Shown: one piece after another, positions 38,874-48,725 of the stretch
Numbering within the stretch: the first letter of the stretch is position 1
How the letters are laid out: every line of letters begins with the position of its first letter
DNA from: Nitrospira japonica
GTDB taxonomy: Bacteria; Nitrospirota; Thermodesulfovibrionia; Thermodesulfovibrionales; SM23-35
DNA length: 64,000 nucleotides
Assembly (NCBI GenBank): GCA_020725385.1
Contig: DYFC01000006.1
Coordinates: forward strand, 1-64,000
Reading direction: 5' to 3'
The notes under the pieces: generated by a model
Told to the model about the DNA's origin: nothing
Database searches by the model: none
The model's input: only the letters and a program-made list of their open reading frames with translations
Position numbers and translations under genes: made by a program

Positions 38874-40730
38874 ATGAATATTATAAGAACAGAAGAATAC
38901 AAATTACGCAAGCAGAATATATTCTGGATAAAAACATCCTCTGCTCAACTTGTAGACGCTCTAAATCTTCTCAATCATAAGAACCCTCAAGTAGTAATAA
39001 AGACTATTCAGAAACTACGTGAAATTAGAGATTTAAGGGCACTCGAACCTTTAAGAATGCTCTTGAACCATCCTGATTTGGAAGTAGTTAGTGAAACTAT
39101 CCTTGCAATTGGTTCACTGGGAGATGAAAGGGTAGTAAATGATTTAATACCTTTTCTTAATTCAGAACCTTTACTACAAACCTCTGCGATACAAGCTTTA
39201 GGTGAAATACGCTGTCAGACAGCAATTGGTTATCTTGAACAAATGCTTACTGATTCAATTGTAGGACCAATGGTTGCAGAAACAATGGCTTTTATTGGCG
39301 GCATAGCAGCATACAAAGCACTGGCCAAACATTGGTTGAATCATGGTGAACAAATTGACACGGAAAACTATCTTAGTTTACTTAAACATGTGCTGGAAGG
39401 TATAAATTCACAAGTACCTCATATAGAAGGGATTTGTGAATCCTTCTCAAGATACCTGAATGACCCGAATGATTCAATCCGGGCATTAGCTGCTTGCTGC
39501 CTAATTGCTTCAGGGCCATGTCCTGAAGACATGAAAGCATTAAGTATAATTTCGGAAACACTCGGAGATAATATTCAACTACCTGCATGTCTAAAAAACA
39601 GGAAAGATCTTGTTCCAAGGCTCCTTAATAGCAGTGAAAATTTGATTTTATGGGGTTTTCAACTTTCAGCTTTGTATCCAAAAAACGCATCTCCCATGGA
39701 TATTCTTAATGCTTTAAAAAAATATTCGGATGAATCGGATAATATTAATTATATTGCAGATGTTTTACTCAAAGTTAAAGATCCAATTCTTGCACCTGCT
39801 ATCCTTGATTTATATTGCAGGATTTCCTGGGACAAAAGAATAATTTTACACCCTCTATTAAAGATTTATAAAAAACAAATTCGTTTATTATTGATTGATT
39901 ATGATATTGATGACGAAACAAGAATTGTAATTTCTGCACATATTGGAGTCTCCCCTGTATGCATTGCTCTTGAAATAATGGACCTGCCACTGGATAGCCG
40001 TATTCTTGTTTTGTCTCTTTTAAGTGATTGCAAAAGTATTATGAAATGTATGCCATGGTCTCAATGGCTTGAAAATAGCCCGGGATTTTACTTGAATGTG
40101 GCTGCTGATGTTACTTTGAAATCAGGGATTAAAGAAATTTTTCCTGTATTAAGAAAGATATTCCCGTCTTACCCTGTTAAAAAATTGATAAAATCAGCTG
40201 GAACACTCAAAGATAAAGAAAGTGTCTCTATACTTATAAAGCATCTCGAAACTGAATCAACAGAAACAAGGATGCTCATTCTTGAGAGTCTCGGATATAT
40301 TGGCGGCAAAGAAGCAAGGCAGGGGCTGAAAAACTATATAAAGAATTGCAAAAAAACCGGGGAATTACACAAAGCAATCAGATCACTGTCATTTTGTGCA
40401 ACATCGGAAGATTGCAGCTTTTTCAGAGAACTTTCCTCTGATTCTGACTGGCACGTAAGATCAATCTGTGCTGAAGTGCTCAGTCGCTATCCAAGCCTTG
40501 AAAATTTTGAAACACTCATAAAATTATCCTCAGACCCTGAAAAAATTGTTTCACAGCGAACTTCTTTCTTCCTGAAATATCTTCCAATGGGGAATTTTTT
40601 AATTCGCCAACAGGAGCATAACAGTTCAGACAAAGAATATCAAGATATCCAATTAGAGTCAAAAGATAAAATTGAGTCTTTTAAATATAATCATCAATTA
40701 AAGGAGCATCAAAATGTTACAGGAAATTAA
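38874..40730 (+). CDS. HEAT-repeat protein
   Basis: Repeated HEAT/PBS-lyase-like units, e.g. LLNHPDLEVVSETILAIGSLG and DSDWHVRSICAEVL. Confidence 0.82.
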   Translation: MNIIRTEEYKLRKQNIFWIKTSSAQLVDALNLLNHKNPQVVIKTIQKLREIRDLRALEPLRMLLNHPDLEVVSETILAIGSLGDERVVNDLIPFLNSEPLLQTSAIQALGEIRCQTAIGYLEQMLTDSIVGPMVAETMAFIGGIAAYKALAKHWLNHGEQIDTENYLSLLKHVLEGINSQVPHIEGICESFSRYLNDPNDSIRALAACCLIASGPCPEDMKALSIISETLGDNIQLPACLKNRKDLVPRLLNSSENLILWGFQLSALYPKNASPMDILNALKKYSDESDNINYIADVLLKVKDPILAPAILDLYCRISWDKRIILHPLLKIYKKQIRLLLIDYDIDDETRIVISAHIGVSPVCIALEIMDLPLDSRILVLSLLSDCKSIMKCMPWSQWLENSPGFYLNVAADVTLKSGIKEIFPVLRKIFPSYPVKKLIKSAGTLKDKESVSILIKHLETESTETRMLILESLGYIGGKEARQGLKNYIKNCKKTGELHKAIRSLSFCATSEDCSFFRELSSDSDWHVRSICAEVLSRYPSLENFETLIKLSSDPEKIVSQRTSFFLKYLPMGNFLIRQQEHNSSDKEYQDIQLESKDKIESFKYNHQLKEHQNVTGN

Positions 40731-41091
40731 AAAAGAAAACGAACATATTGATTTTGAACTTTACAGGTTTGTTTTTGAGACTGCTGTTGAAATTTTTGAA
40801 GAGATATTTGAAACATCAAAGAGATTCCCCCGGGAGAAGGTTTTCCTTATTGATCAGGTTCGCAGACATTCCAAACTTGTTTGTATTAATCTTGCTGAGG
40901 CATGGAGAGCAAAGAAAGACAAAAATATATTTATGGATAAAATTTCTGAAGCAGCACAGGAAGCATCCAGAGTACAGAATTGTCTAAAATTTGCTGTTAG
41001 ATGTAAATTTATAGGCAATGATGTCTTCAAAAAACTTGATTCAAAATATGAAGATATTTTCGAAATGCTCTGCGATGGAGTAAGAAGTTAA
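40714..41091 (+). CDS. Four-helix-bundle protein (23S rRNA IVP / Avd-like family)
   Basis: FPREKVFLIDQVRRHSKLVCINLAEAW and EAAQEA. Confidence 0.85.
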   Translation: MLQEIKKENEHIDFELYRFVFETAVEIFEEIFETSKRFPREKVFLIDQVRRHSKLVCINLAEAWRAKKDKNIFMDKISEAAQEASRVQNCLKFAVRCKFIGNDVFKKLDSKYEDIFEMLCDGVRS

Positions 41092-41179
41092 TAAGGTTTT
41101 AACTTTGATCTTAGACTTAACCTCCTAACCAGAAAATATAGTTTTAATTTTGTATCGTGAAATGACAACTTTTACAGGG

Positions 41180-42292
41180 TTAAGGAAATTTTTTCTGTGT
41201 ATGGCAGGTAAAACATCCTCCTGTTTTGCTATTATCTCCTGCTATCATTTCATTATAATCCCATCTAAGCATGTCAGGATATGGACTTCCATGTGCTCTA
41301 TGACATGAAAGACACATAACTCTATCAGTTCCTGGGGTTACTGTACTTGAAACAGTGCTTAGATTAGGCCGGGAAACTGGCGCTTGAGGATTATATACAG
41401 TATATGATGAATATTCACCTCTGTTGGGTATCTCTGTATCGCCTGCTGGGTGTCTAAGCCAGTTGCCATTTGAATCCCGGTTCCTATCAGGATTCAATGA
41501 ATCCCAGCTATGATAATCCCTATGACAACCAGCACAAAAATCACTTATTCCCTGAGGATTTGTATGCCCCGGTGCATATGGAGCAAAAGGTTTATCAGTA
41601 TCCCTATATTCATTATGGTCATTTGGGCTTACAGTTATTTCCCAATCTGAATCTTCAATGCCCTGCACACATGGCCTGCTTGAATGAGGAGGAATATCAA
41701 ATACCCAGGCAGGCCTGCCAAGGAAACGATAGCATCCATTTTCTTCCTTTACAATACCACCCGGTTCAGGGTCAGGAGCATGATGTCTCGGGACATGACA
41801 GCCTATGCAACCATTTCCGGTAATAGGATTGAAAACCCAATAAGGACCTGGGCCAAGCCTTATACTTGCCAGAGATGCATGACAACCGGCGAAACCACAA
41901 GTGACTCCGGTTTCAGACGCACCTGGAGCATGATTAAGTTGTTTATCAACAGTTATTACATTATGTCCGTATTCATCTCCCTTGTACTGTACATAATAAA
42001 AATTTCCACCAGCAGTCATTGTTCCTGGTTCAACAGTGTTATAAACAATTGGAACAATAGAATCCCCAAGAACTTTGGTAGGCGAACCATCTGTTGAAGA
42101 ATGACATGCTATACATTTAATATTCACAAGATGATAGCCGGGACCACCTACTTTAGGGGCTTCATTATAAAATTGAATTCCATTTTGTGAATTATGCATT
42201 GTATGACAATTAGAACAAACACCTTTAACCCGTGCATATGCTATTTGTGAAGTTATAAATAAACATAATATTGTTAAAAATATCTTCTTCAT
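41180..42292 (-). CDS. Secreted multiheme c-type cytochrome, OmcS-like
   Basis: Signal peptide ending AYA; six CxxCH plus one CX4CH; OmcS-like blocks CHTMHNS, GGNF, GHN, APG, YRFLG, LRHPAG, CLSCHRAH. Confidence 0.9.
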   Translation of the reverse strand: MKKIFLTILCLFITSQIAYARVKGVCSNCHTMHNSQNGIQFYNEAPKVGGPGYHLVNIKCIACHSSTDGSPTKVLGDSIVPIVYNTVEPGTMTAGGNFYYVQYKGDEYGHNVITVDKQLNHAPGASETGVTCGFAGCHASLASIRLGPGPYWVFNPITGNGCIGCHVPRHHAPDPEPGGIVKEENGCYRFLGRPAWVFDIPPHSSRPCVQGIEDSDWEITVSPNDHNEYRDTDKPFAPYAPGHTNPQGISDFCAGCHRDYHSWDSLNPDRNRDSNGNWLRHPAGDTEIPNRGEYSSYTVYNPQAPVSRPNLSTVSSTVTPGTDRVMCLSCHRAHGSPYPDMLRWDYNEMIAGDNSKTGGCFTCHTQKKFP

Positions 42293-42446
42293 TTTACCAT
42301 GCCTCTTCTAATGAAGTTTGTTAAGCACTTATTAATTACAATTTACGGCATTTTGAATTTATTAGCAAGAGCTAAATTTATTGCTAAAATTTAATTTCCA
42401 CAGAAATAATATCCTTATTTCAAGAAATTTATTAGGTTAATATTAC

Positions 42447-42475
42447 TTGACATACCCCGCACAGCTATATATTAT
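42447..42475 (+). promoter_or_regulatory. Possible sigma70 promoter
   Basis: TTGACA, 17-nt spacer, TATTAT. Confidence 0.35.
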
Positions 42476-42525
42476 TTTCGATAATATAATAAATTTAAAA
42501 ATCAATGTTATGCATAAAACAAATT

Positions 42526-42716
42526 ATGACTTACGAATTTAGTGTTAAAAAGTACGAAAGCGCTTCCGATCATCAAAAAGAATTGGGCAAAAAATAATAG
42601 CTGAATTAGGACTGAGAGGAAATGAAAAAATACTTGATTTGGGCTGTTGTGACGGAGAACTTACTAAAAACCTATCCCGTCTTGTGCCAGATGGGTATTA
42701 GGCATTGATGTTTCCA
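42526..42716 (+). pseudogene. Frameshifted, truncated class I SAM methyltransferase (Tam-like) remnant
   Basis: MTYEFSVKKYESASDHQKELG / shift / IIAELGLRGNEKILDLGCCDGELTKNLSRLVPDG / shift / VLGIDVS*. Confidence 0.7.
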
Positions 42717-42728
42717 CCTGAAAAATCG

Positions 42729-42851
42729 ATAAAGCTTAAGCGTGTATATGACCCACCTTCAAAGGATTATGGCAAGAGAATCCTTGTTGATAGGCGGCAA
42801 AGGGGCTTCAGGAAGAATGAAGCAAAAATTGATGAATGGTTAAATGAGTAA
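42729..42851 (+). pseudogene. Truncated DUF488 (YeaO-like) remnant
   Basis: IKLKRVYDPPSKDYGKRILVDRRQRGFRKNEAKIDEWLNE* matches the DUF488 N-terminus, then stops. Confidence 0.75.
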
Positions 42852-42919
42852 TAAGTTTGAAGAAAGCTACCCATCATGCATTAGGCTCACTACATAGCTT
42901 ATCTACTTTGAGGTGAGAT

Positions 42920-45346
42920 ATGGATTTAAAAATCCGCAATACATCTGAATACGAAAAGCTTTCCATTGATGACACACTCAAGGTTTTGGATACATCAATG
43001 AATGGGCTTAATGAATCCGAGGCTGAAAACAGGCTAAAGTTATTCGGATATAACGAGATAACAGAGAAAAAGAAAAACCCCTTGCTCGAATTCCTGCTGC
43101 GCTACTGGGGGTCGATGCCCTGGCTGCTGGAATTGGCAATGGCGCTTTCACTCATATTGAGGCATTATCTTGAGGGGATAATTATCTTTGTGCTCCTTAC
43201 GGTTAACGCAGTCATAGGCCATATGCATTCACGGGGTTCTCAAAGGGCTGTTGAGCTTTTGAAGAAGAAGCTCGCTGTTCAGGCAAAGGCATTGCGGGAT
43301 GGTAAATGGATAATAAAAGTGGGAAAGGAAATTGTGCCAGGAGATATTATTGCTGTAAAGCTCGGCGATATAATTCCTGCTGATGCAAAGATATTAAGCG
43401 GTGAACTTTCTATTGACCAATCAGCCCTTACCGGAGAATCCCTCCCGGCAAATGCAAAACAATCGGATATTGTTTATTCTGGCTCTGTAGTAAGGCAGGG
43501 AGAGGCCAGATGCGTTGTTGTAAATACAGGCATAAATACATACTTCGGCAAGACAGCAGAACTGGTCAGGATAGCAAAGCCAAAGTCCCATCAAGAGGAA
43601 GTGATGATGGCTATAGTTAGATACATGATGTATCTGGGCATAGCCGCATTAGTTCTTGTTCTGGCATATGGTTTGGCGATGCATATTCAGGAGCATTTTG
43701 TGACTGTGCTTACCCTCGCTGTTATCTTTCTCATGGGAGCGGTGCCTGTTGCCCTTCCTGCAGTTCTCACCATAGTTCAGGCAGTGGGTGCAATGGAGCT
43801 TGCAAAAAAGGGGGCACTGGTAACAAGGCTTGATTCAATAGAAGACGCTGCCTCCATCGATGTGCTCTGTCTTGATAAAACAGGCACAATAACACAGAAC
43901 AGATTGTCGGTTGCTGACAGCATAACATTTTCAGATTATAAGAAAGAGGATGTTGTTAGAATAGCTGCTCTGGCCTCACAAGAGGAAGGCATGGACATAA
44001 TAGACCTTGCAGTTATCGAATATGCTAAAGGCATGGGAGTCGATTTTAATGCATACAAACAGATTTCTTATACGCCATTCAACCCTTCAATCAAGAGGAC
44101 AGAGGCTATTGTTGAAATTAATGGAAAACAGTTCAGGGCTATTAAAGGAGCTGCACAGGTAGTTATGTCCATGTGTCGTGGAATTGATAAGGGGACGACA
44201 GATAATGCAAATAAAATAATAGAGGAGTTTTCTCAGAAAGGGTATAGGACAATAGCAGTTGCAAGATCAGAGGGCGATGATTTAGATAATCTTAAGCTTA
44301 TCGGATTACTGCCTCTCTCAGACCCTCCCAGACCCGATTCCAAAGGCATGATAGAGGAGGCAAGAAGGCTTGGAGTAAAGCCGATGATGCTTACAGGAGA
44401 TAACATAGCCATAGCAAAAGAAATAGCCCGTCAGGTAGAGATCGGCGATAAGATTATCAGGCTTGAGGACATTAAAGGCCTGAGCGAGGATGAACAGATA
44501 AAGATTGTTGGTGAGATTGACGGCCTTGCAGAGATATATCCAGAGGACAAATACAGGGTTGTGAAGCTCCTTCAGTCAAAAGGGCATTTGGTGGGCATGA
44601 CAGGAGACGGGGTAAATGATGCCCCGGCCCTGAAACAGGCAGAGATGGGGATAGCTGTTTACAATGCAGCGGATGTGGCAAAGGCATCTGCGAGCGTGGT
44701 CTTAACAGAATCGGGCATAGGCGTAATAATCGATGCAGTAAGAATAAGCAGGCAGACATACCAGAGGATGCTTTCATGGGTAATAAACAAAGTTACAAAG
44801 GTCATAGAATTTGTGGGACTGTTGACCATAAGCTTTTTATGGCTCCATGACATTGTCCTTTCACTTCTCGGAATGTCACTCCTTGTATTTGCCAATGATT
44901 TCGTCACCATGACCCTGTCAACGGACAATGTGAAACATACGGGTAATCCAAACAAGTGGAATGTAAAGAACATCACAATCGCATCTCTCATTCCGGGCAT
45001 GCTGCTGGTGATTGAAGGAATCATTGTAATCCTGATCGGCCTAAAATATTTTCATCTTGAATGGGAGAAGCTGCGCACTTTAGTAATGCTGAATCTAATA
45101 TTTAACAGCCAGTTCAGGGTATTGATTATAAGGGAGAGGAGGCACTTCTGGTCATCCATGCCAGGCAGGGAATTATTAGTCCTGAGTGCTGCTACGATTA
45201 TAGGATTCGGACTATTAGGTGTATATGGCATCTTTGTCCCAGCGCTTACATTGCATCATGTTCTCACTGTTCTTGCTTTTTCTGCCATATTCACCCTCGG
45301 CATAGATTTTCCGAAGTATTATCTATTCAGAAGATTTGGATTATAA
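42920..45346 (+). CDS. Plasma-membrane-type proton-efflux P-type ATPase (P3A)
   Basis: DQSALTGES, PVALP, DKTGT, KGA, DPPR, TGDGVNDAPALK, and a TM6 Asp in FANDF. Confidence 0.92.
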   Translation: MDLKIRNTSEYEKLSIDDTLKVLDTSMNGLNESEAENRLKLFGYNEITEKKKNPLLEFLLRYWGSMPWLLELAMALSLILRHYLEGIIIFVLLTVNAVIGHMHSRGSQRAVELLKKKLAVQAKALRDGKWIIKVGKEIVPGDIIAVKLGDIIPADAKILSGELSIDQSALTGESLPANAKQSDIVYSGSVVRQGEARCVVVNTGINTYFGKTAELVRIAKPKSHQEEVMMAIVRYMMYLGIAALVLVLAYGLAMHIQEHFVTVLTLAVIFLMGAVPVALPAVLTIVQAVGAMELAKKGALVTRLDSIEDAASIDVLCLDKTGTITQNRLSVADSITFSDYKKEDVVRIAALASQEEGMDIIDLAVIEYAKGMGVDFNAYKQISYTPFNPSIKRTEAIVEINGKQFRAIKGAAQVVMSMCRGIDKGTTDNANKIIEEFSQKGYRTIAVARSEGDDLDNLKLIGLLPLSDPPRPDSKGMIEEARRLGVKPMMLTGDNIAIAKEIARQVEIGDKIIRLEDIKGLSEDEQIKIVGEIDGLAEIYPEDKYRVVKLLQSKGHLVGMTGDGVNDAPALKQAEMGIAVYNAADVAKASASVVLTESGIGVIIDAVRISRQTYQRMLSWVINKVTKVIEFVGLLTISFLWLHDIVLSLLGMSLLVFANDFVTMTLSTDNVKHTGNPNKWNVKNITIASLIPGMLLVIEGIIVILIGLKYFHLEWEKLRTLVMLNLIFNSQFRVLIIRERRHFWSSMPGRELLVLSAATIIGFGLLGVYGIFVPALTLHHVLTVLAFSAIFTLGIDFPKYYLFRRFGL

Positions 45347-45363
45347 ATATAGGAGGTTTTTAA

Positions 45364-45678
45364 ATGCCTGAAAGTTCGGATGAAAGGAAGAATGTATCAA
45401 AACATATTCTGCCCACATCTTCAAACCTGCTCGGATTATGCTTCATATTGATTAACTTCGTGAAATTCTGGAAGATAGATAAAAAGATAGACCTTGTCCT
45501 TGATAGGTTCGTCGGAATAGCAATAATCCTGTTTCTTTTCTCCAGCATATTTTCCTATATGTCCATGCGAGCGAGGAAAAAGGCAGCATTTTACGAAAGG
45601 ATAGCAGACATCATTTTTCTCATCGGTCTATTTTTCATAACAGTCATTTCATTGATGATAGCCTTTGAGGTGCTGTAA
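45364..45678 (+). CDS. Small three-TM membrane protein
   Basis: AGGAGG RBS; HILPTSSNLLGLCF; hydrophobic helices. Confidence 0.75.
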   Translation: MPESSDERKNVSKHILPTSSNLLGLCFILINFVKFWKIDKKIDLVLDRFVGIAIILFLFSSIFSYMSMRARKKAAFYERIADIIFLIGLFFITVISLMIAFEVL

Positions 45679-45686
45679 CTATCGAT

Positions 45687-46784
45687 TCATACAGTTGTTT
45701 TAATAATTCGAGCAATCTTCTTTATATCTCTGCTATTAAGTTCCGGATACATTGGAAGTGAGAGCACTTCTTTTGCTGCTTTTTCAGCCTCTGGAAAATC
45801 TCCTTTTTGATAACCAAGAAATTTTAAAGCTTCCTGTAGATGTAAGGGAACCGGGTAGTAAACAACAGAAGATACGCCATGCTCTTTTAGTCTTTCCTGA
45901 ATAATATCTCTTTTTTTGCTTCTGATAGTGTATTGATGATAAACATGAAATGAGCCTTGCTTTTCAACAGGGCATTGAACAAAATTTGAAAGCAATTCAG
46001 TATATATAGACGCATTTTCCCTGCGCTTTTTGTTATATTCATCTATATATTTGAATTTAACAAGTAAAATGCCTGCCTGTAACTCATCAAGCCTGCTATT
46101 GAACCCAACTCTTTTATGTCTATAAGAACCTCTTGAACCATGATTTCTTAATTGCTTAATAATTTCAGCCGAAGATGCCTTATTAATTGTAATCATTCCC
46201 CCATCACCATATGCACCAAGATTCTTACTTGGATAGAAACTGAAACAACCTGCATCTCCAAAAGACCCTGTTTTTTTCCTGTTAAATTCAGCACCAAAAG
46301 ATTGGGCACAGTCTTCTATTACTTTTAATTTATATTTTCTGGCTATCTTCATAATTTCATCCATGTTGGCAGGATGTCCAAAAAGATGAACAGGCAATAT
46401 GGCTTTTGTTTTTTCAGTTATGTGACTTTTTATCTGTCCGGCATCCATATTAAATGTATCGGGATCAATATCTACAAAAACAGGAGTAGCTCCAGTGTAT
46501 AGGATTGCTTCTGCTGTTGCAAAAAAGGTAAAAGGTGTTGTTAAAACTTCATCGCCCGGTCCTATATCAAGTGCATCTATGGCAAGATGGAGTGCATCTG
46601 TTCCAGATGCAACTGCAATAGCATGTTTGGTTCCTATATATACAGAAACTTTTTTCTCAAGTTCTGAAACTTTTTCGCCTAATATATAATGACTGCTTTC
46701 GAGTATTTCTGTAACTGTACGGATAACATCCTTTTTGATTGCATAAAACTGGCTTTTAAGATCAACCATCGGTATCATTAACAC
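45687..46784 (-). CDS. DegT/DnrJ/EryC1 family sugar aminotransferase (GnnB/WbpE-like)
   Basis: SGTDAL, PVHLFG, EDCAQ, SFYPSKNLGAYGDGG, NSRLDELQA. Confidence 0.93.
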   Translation of the reverse strand: MLMIPMVDLKSQFYAIKKDVIRTVTEILESSHYILGEKVSELEKKVSVYIGTKHAIAVASGTDALHLAIDALDIGPGDEVLTTPFTFFATAEAILYTGATPVFVDIDPDTFNMDAGQIKSHITEKTKAILPVHLFGHPANMDEIMKIARKYKLKVIEDCAQSFGAEFNRKKTGSFGDAGCFSFYPSKNLGAYGDGGMITINKASSAEIIKQLRNHGSRGSYRHKRVGFNSRLDELQAGILLVKFKYIDEYNKKRRENASIYTELLSNFVQCPVEKQGSFHVYHQYTIRSKKRDIIQERLKEHGVSSVVYYPVPLHLQEALKFLGYQKGDFPEAEKAAKEVLSLPMYPELNSRDIKKIARIIKTTV

Positions 46785-47695
46785 TAACTCCTTATCATTT
46801 CATTTATTTTTAGAACTACACTAAGAGCATTTCTACCTTCTTTTGCGGAAACACGTGGCCTTTTTCTATTCTTAACACAATACAGGAAATCTTTTAATTC
46901 TTCTTTAAGCGGCTCTTTCTTTTCAGGTCTTATTACTTCTGAAAGCATTTTTTCTCCTGACATATAATGACGGGTTATTTCTGATTGTTGATAGTCAATC
47001 GCTAAATAAGATTCTTTTTGAAATATTTTGAGTATCCGTCGTTTTTCAGGAGATAATCTACTTACAGTTGATAATGCCGTACACCCGTTCTCGAAATCAA
47101 GCCATGCTTTTGCAACATCAATTTTTTCTGTTAGTACCTTTGCACCAACTGCCTTTATATCTTTGACAGATACATCTATGAGACTTAATATTATATCTAT
47201 GTCATGGATCATTAAATCTAAGGTAACATCCACATCTGTTGCTCTACCAAGGAAAGGCGACATCCTTTCGGATTCGATAAAGAGTGGCTCTGTAATTAAT
47301 TCAGATGCTGAAAGTATTGCAGGATTATAACGTTCGAGATGACCAACCTGGATAATACAATTTTTTTCTTTTGATAGTTTTATAAGTTCCTCAGCTTCTT
47401 CTACAGTCTCTGTGATAGGTTTTTCAATAAGTAAATCTTTTCCTGCATTTAAGCACTCATAAGCTATGGAATAATGGGTTGTTGTTGGAGTTACTATACT
47501 TAATGCATCAACTTTGTCTATTATTTCCCTGTAATTATATATTGAATTGCAATTATATTCTTTTGCGAGTGCATCGGCTTTTGTTTTATCAATATCAACA
47601 ACAGCGATTAATTCAGCTTCTTCAATTTCTGAATATATTCTTGCATGATGACGTCCGAGGTATCCAACACCTATCACTCCTACTTTAACCGGCAA
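46784..47695 (-). CDS. Gfo/Idh/MocA oxidoreductase (GnnA-like)
   Basis: GVGYLG, EKP, VGHLERYNPA, DLMIHDID. Confidence 0.92.
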   Translation of the reverse strand: MPVKVGVIGVGYLGRHHARIYSEIEEAELIAVVDIDKTKADALAKEYNCNSIYNYREIIDKVDALSIVTPTTTHYSIAYECLNAGKDLLIEKPITETVEEAEELIKLSKEKNCIIQVGHLERYNPAILSASELITEPLFIESERMSPFLGRATDVDVTLDLMIHDIDIILSLIDVSVKDIKAVGAKVLTEKIDVAKAWLDFENGCTALSTVSRLSPEKRRILKIFQKESYLAIDYQQSEITRHYMSGEKMLSEVIRPEKKEPLKEELKDFLYCVKNRKRPRVSAKEGRNALSVVLKINEMIRS

Positions 47696-47707
47696 TTTTT
47701 CCCCTTT

Positions 47708-48718
47708 TTATAAAGCATTGCTAACCCTTTTAACTTCTTCAAGTTTTTTCAAAGCCTTGCCTGAATCTATTGATTCAGCAGCTAAATTATATGCTGTTCT
47801 TAAATCTTCAGTTTTACCTGCAGCAATAAACGCAAGAGCTGAATTTAATAATACTATCTCTCTTTTTGGACTTTTTTCACCTTTAAGGATTGAAAGAGTA
47901 ATTAATGCATTCTCGTCTTTTTTCCCGCCTTTGATTGATTCAATACTGCTTCTCCATATTCCAAAATCCTCGGGTTCTATAAAGAAATTCTCTACCACAC
48001 CATTTTTATAACGTGAAATTTTTGTTTTACCAGAAATACTTACTTCATCAAGTCCATCTTCTCCATGCACAATAATTGCATCGAGAGTTCCAAGGTTTCC
48101 AAGAACTTGTGCGAGAGTATCTGTCAGGTTTTCTGAAAAAACACCGAGTATCTGTCTTTTTGCTCCTGCAGGATTTGTAATCGGTCCGAGTATATTAAAA
48201 ATTGTTCTTATCCCTATTTCTCTTCTCGGGCTAATAGCATATTTCATTGCTGGATGAAACAAGGGTGCAAAAAGAAATCCAAATCCGGTCTGGAAAAGAC
48301 AGGTCTCAACTTTTTCAGGCTGAAGATCAATCTTAATGCCAAGAGCTTCAAGAACATCAGCACTTCCTGATTGGCTGGATACAGAACGATTTCCGTGTTT
48401 TGCTACTGGCACTCCTGCTCCGGCTACAACAAATGCCGTTGTTGTTGATATATTGAATGTATGGGACATGTCACCACCTGTCCCGCATGTATCAAGAACA
48501 TCTTCAGGAGCTTTTATTCTGGTAGCTTTTTCTCTCATTATTTTTGCAGCACCTGTTATTTCATCAACTGTTTCACCTTTTATTCTGAGAGCTGTTAGAA
48601 AAGAAGCTATCTGGGAATCAGTTGCTTTACCTTCCATAATTTCCTTCATACACTCAGCCATCTCGGTTTCTGAAAGGTTGATATTATTTACTAACATATT
48701 TATAGCTTCTTTAATCAT
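47708..48718 (-). CDS. trpD: Anthranilate phosphoribosyltransferase
   Basis: DTCGTGGD, FNIST, KHGNRSVSSQSGSAD, GLDE. Confidence 0.97.
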   Translation of the reverse strand: MIKEAINMLVNNINLSETEMAECMKEIMEGKATDSQIASFLTALRIKGETVDEITGAAKIMREKATRIKAPEDVLDTCGTGGDMSHTFNISTTTAFVVAGAGVPVAKHGNRSVSSQSGSADVLEALGIKIDLQPEKVETCLFQTGFGFLFAPLFHPAMKYAISPRREIGIRTIFNILGPITNPAGAKRQILGVFSENLTDTLAQVLGNLGTLDAIIVHGEDGLDEVSISGKTKISRYKNGVVENFFIEPEDFGIWRSSIESIKGGKKDENALITLSILKGEKSPKREIVLLNSALAFIAAGKTEDLRTAYNLAAESIDSGKALKKLEEVKRVSNAL

Positions 48719-48725
48719 AAACCCT

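Noticed and set aside
40714-41091. Avd-like gene as part of a diversity-generating retroelement
   Set aside because: No reverse transcriptase and no template/variable repeat pair seen in the window
42724-45687. ATCGAT near both edges of the H+-ATPase region as a target-site duplication
   Set aside because: A 6-bp match is expected by chance and no terminal inverted repeats accompany it
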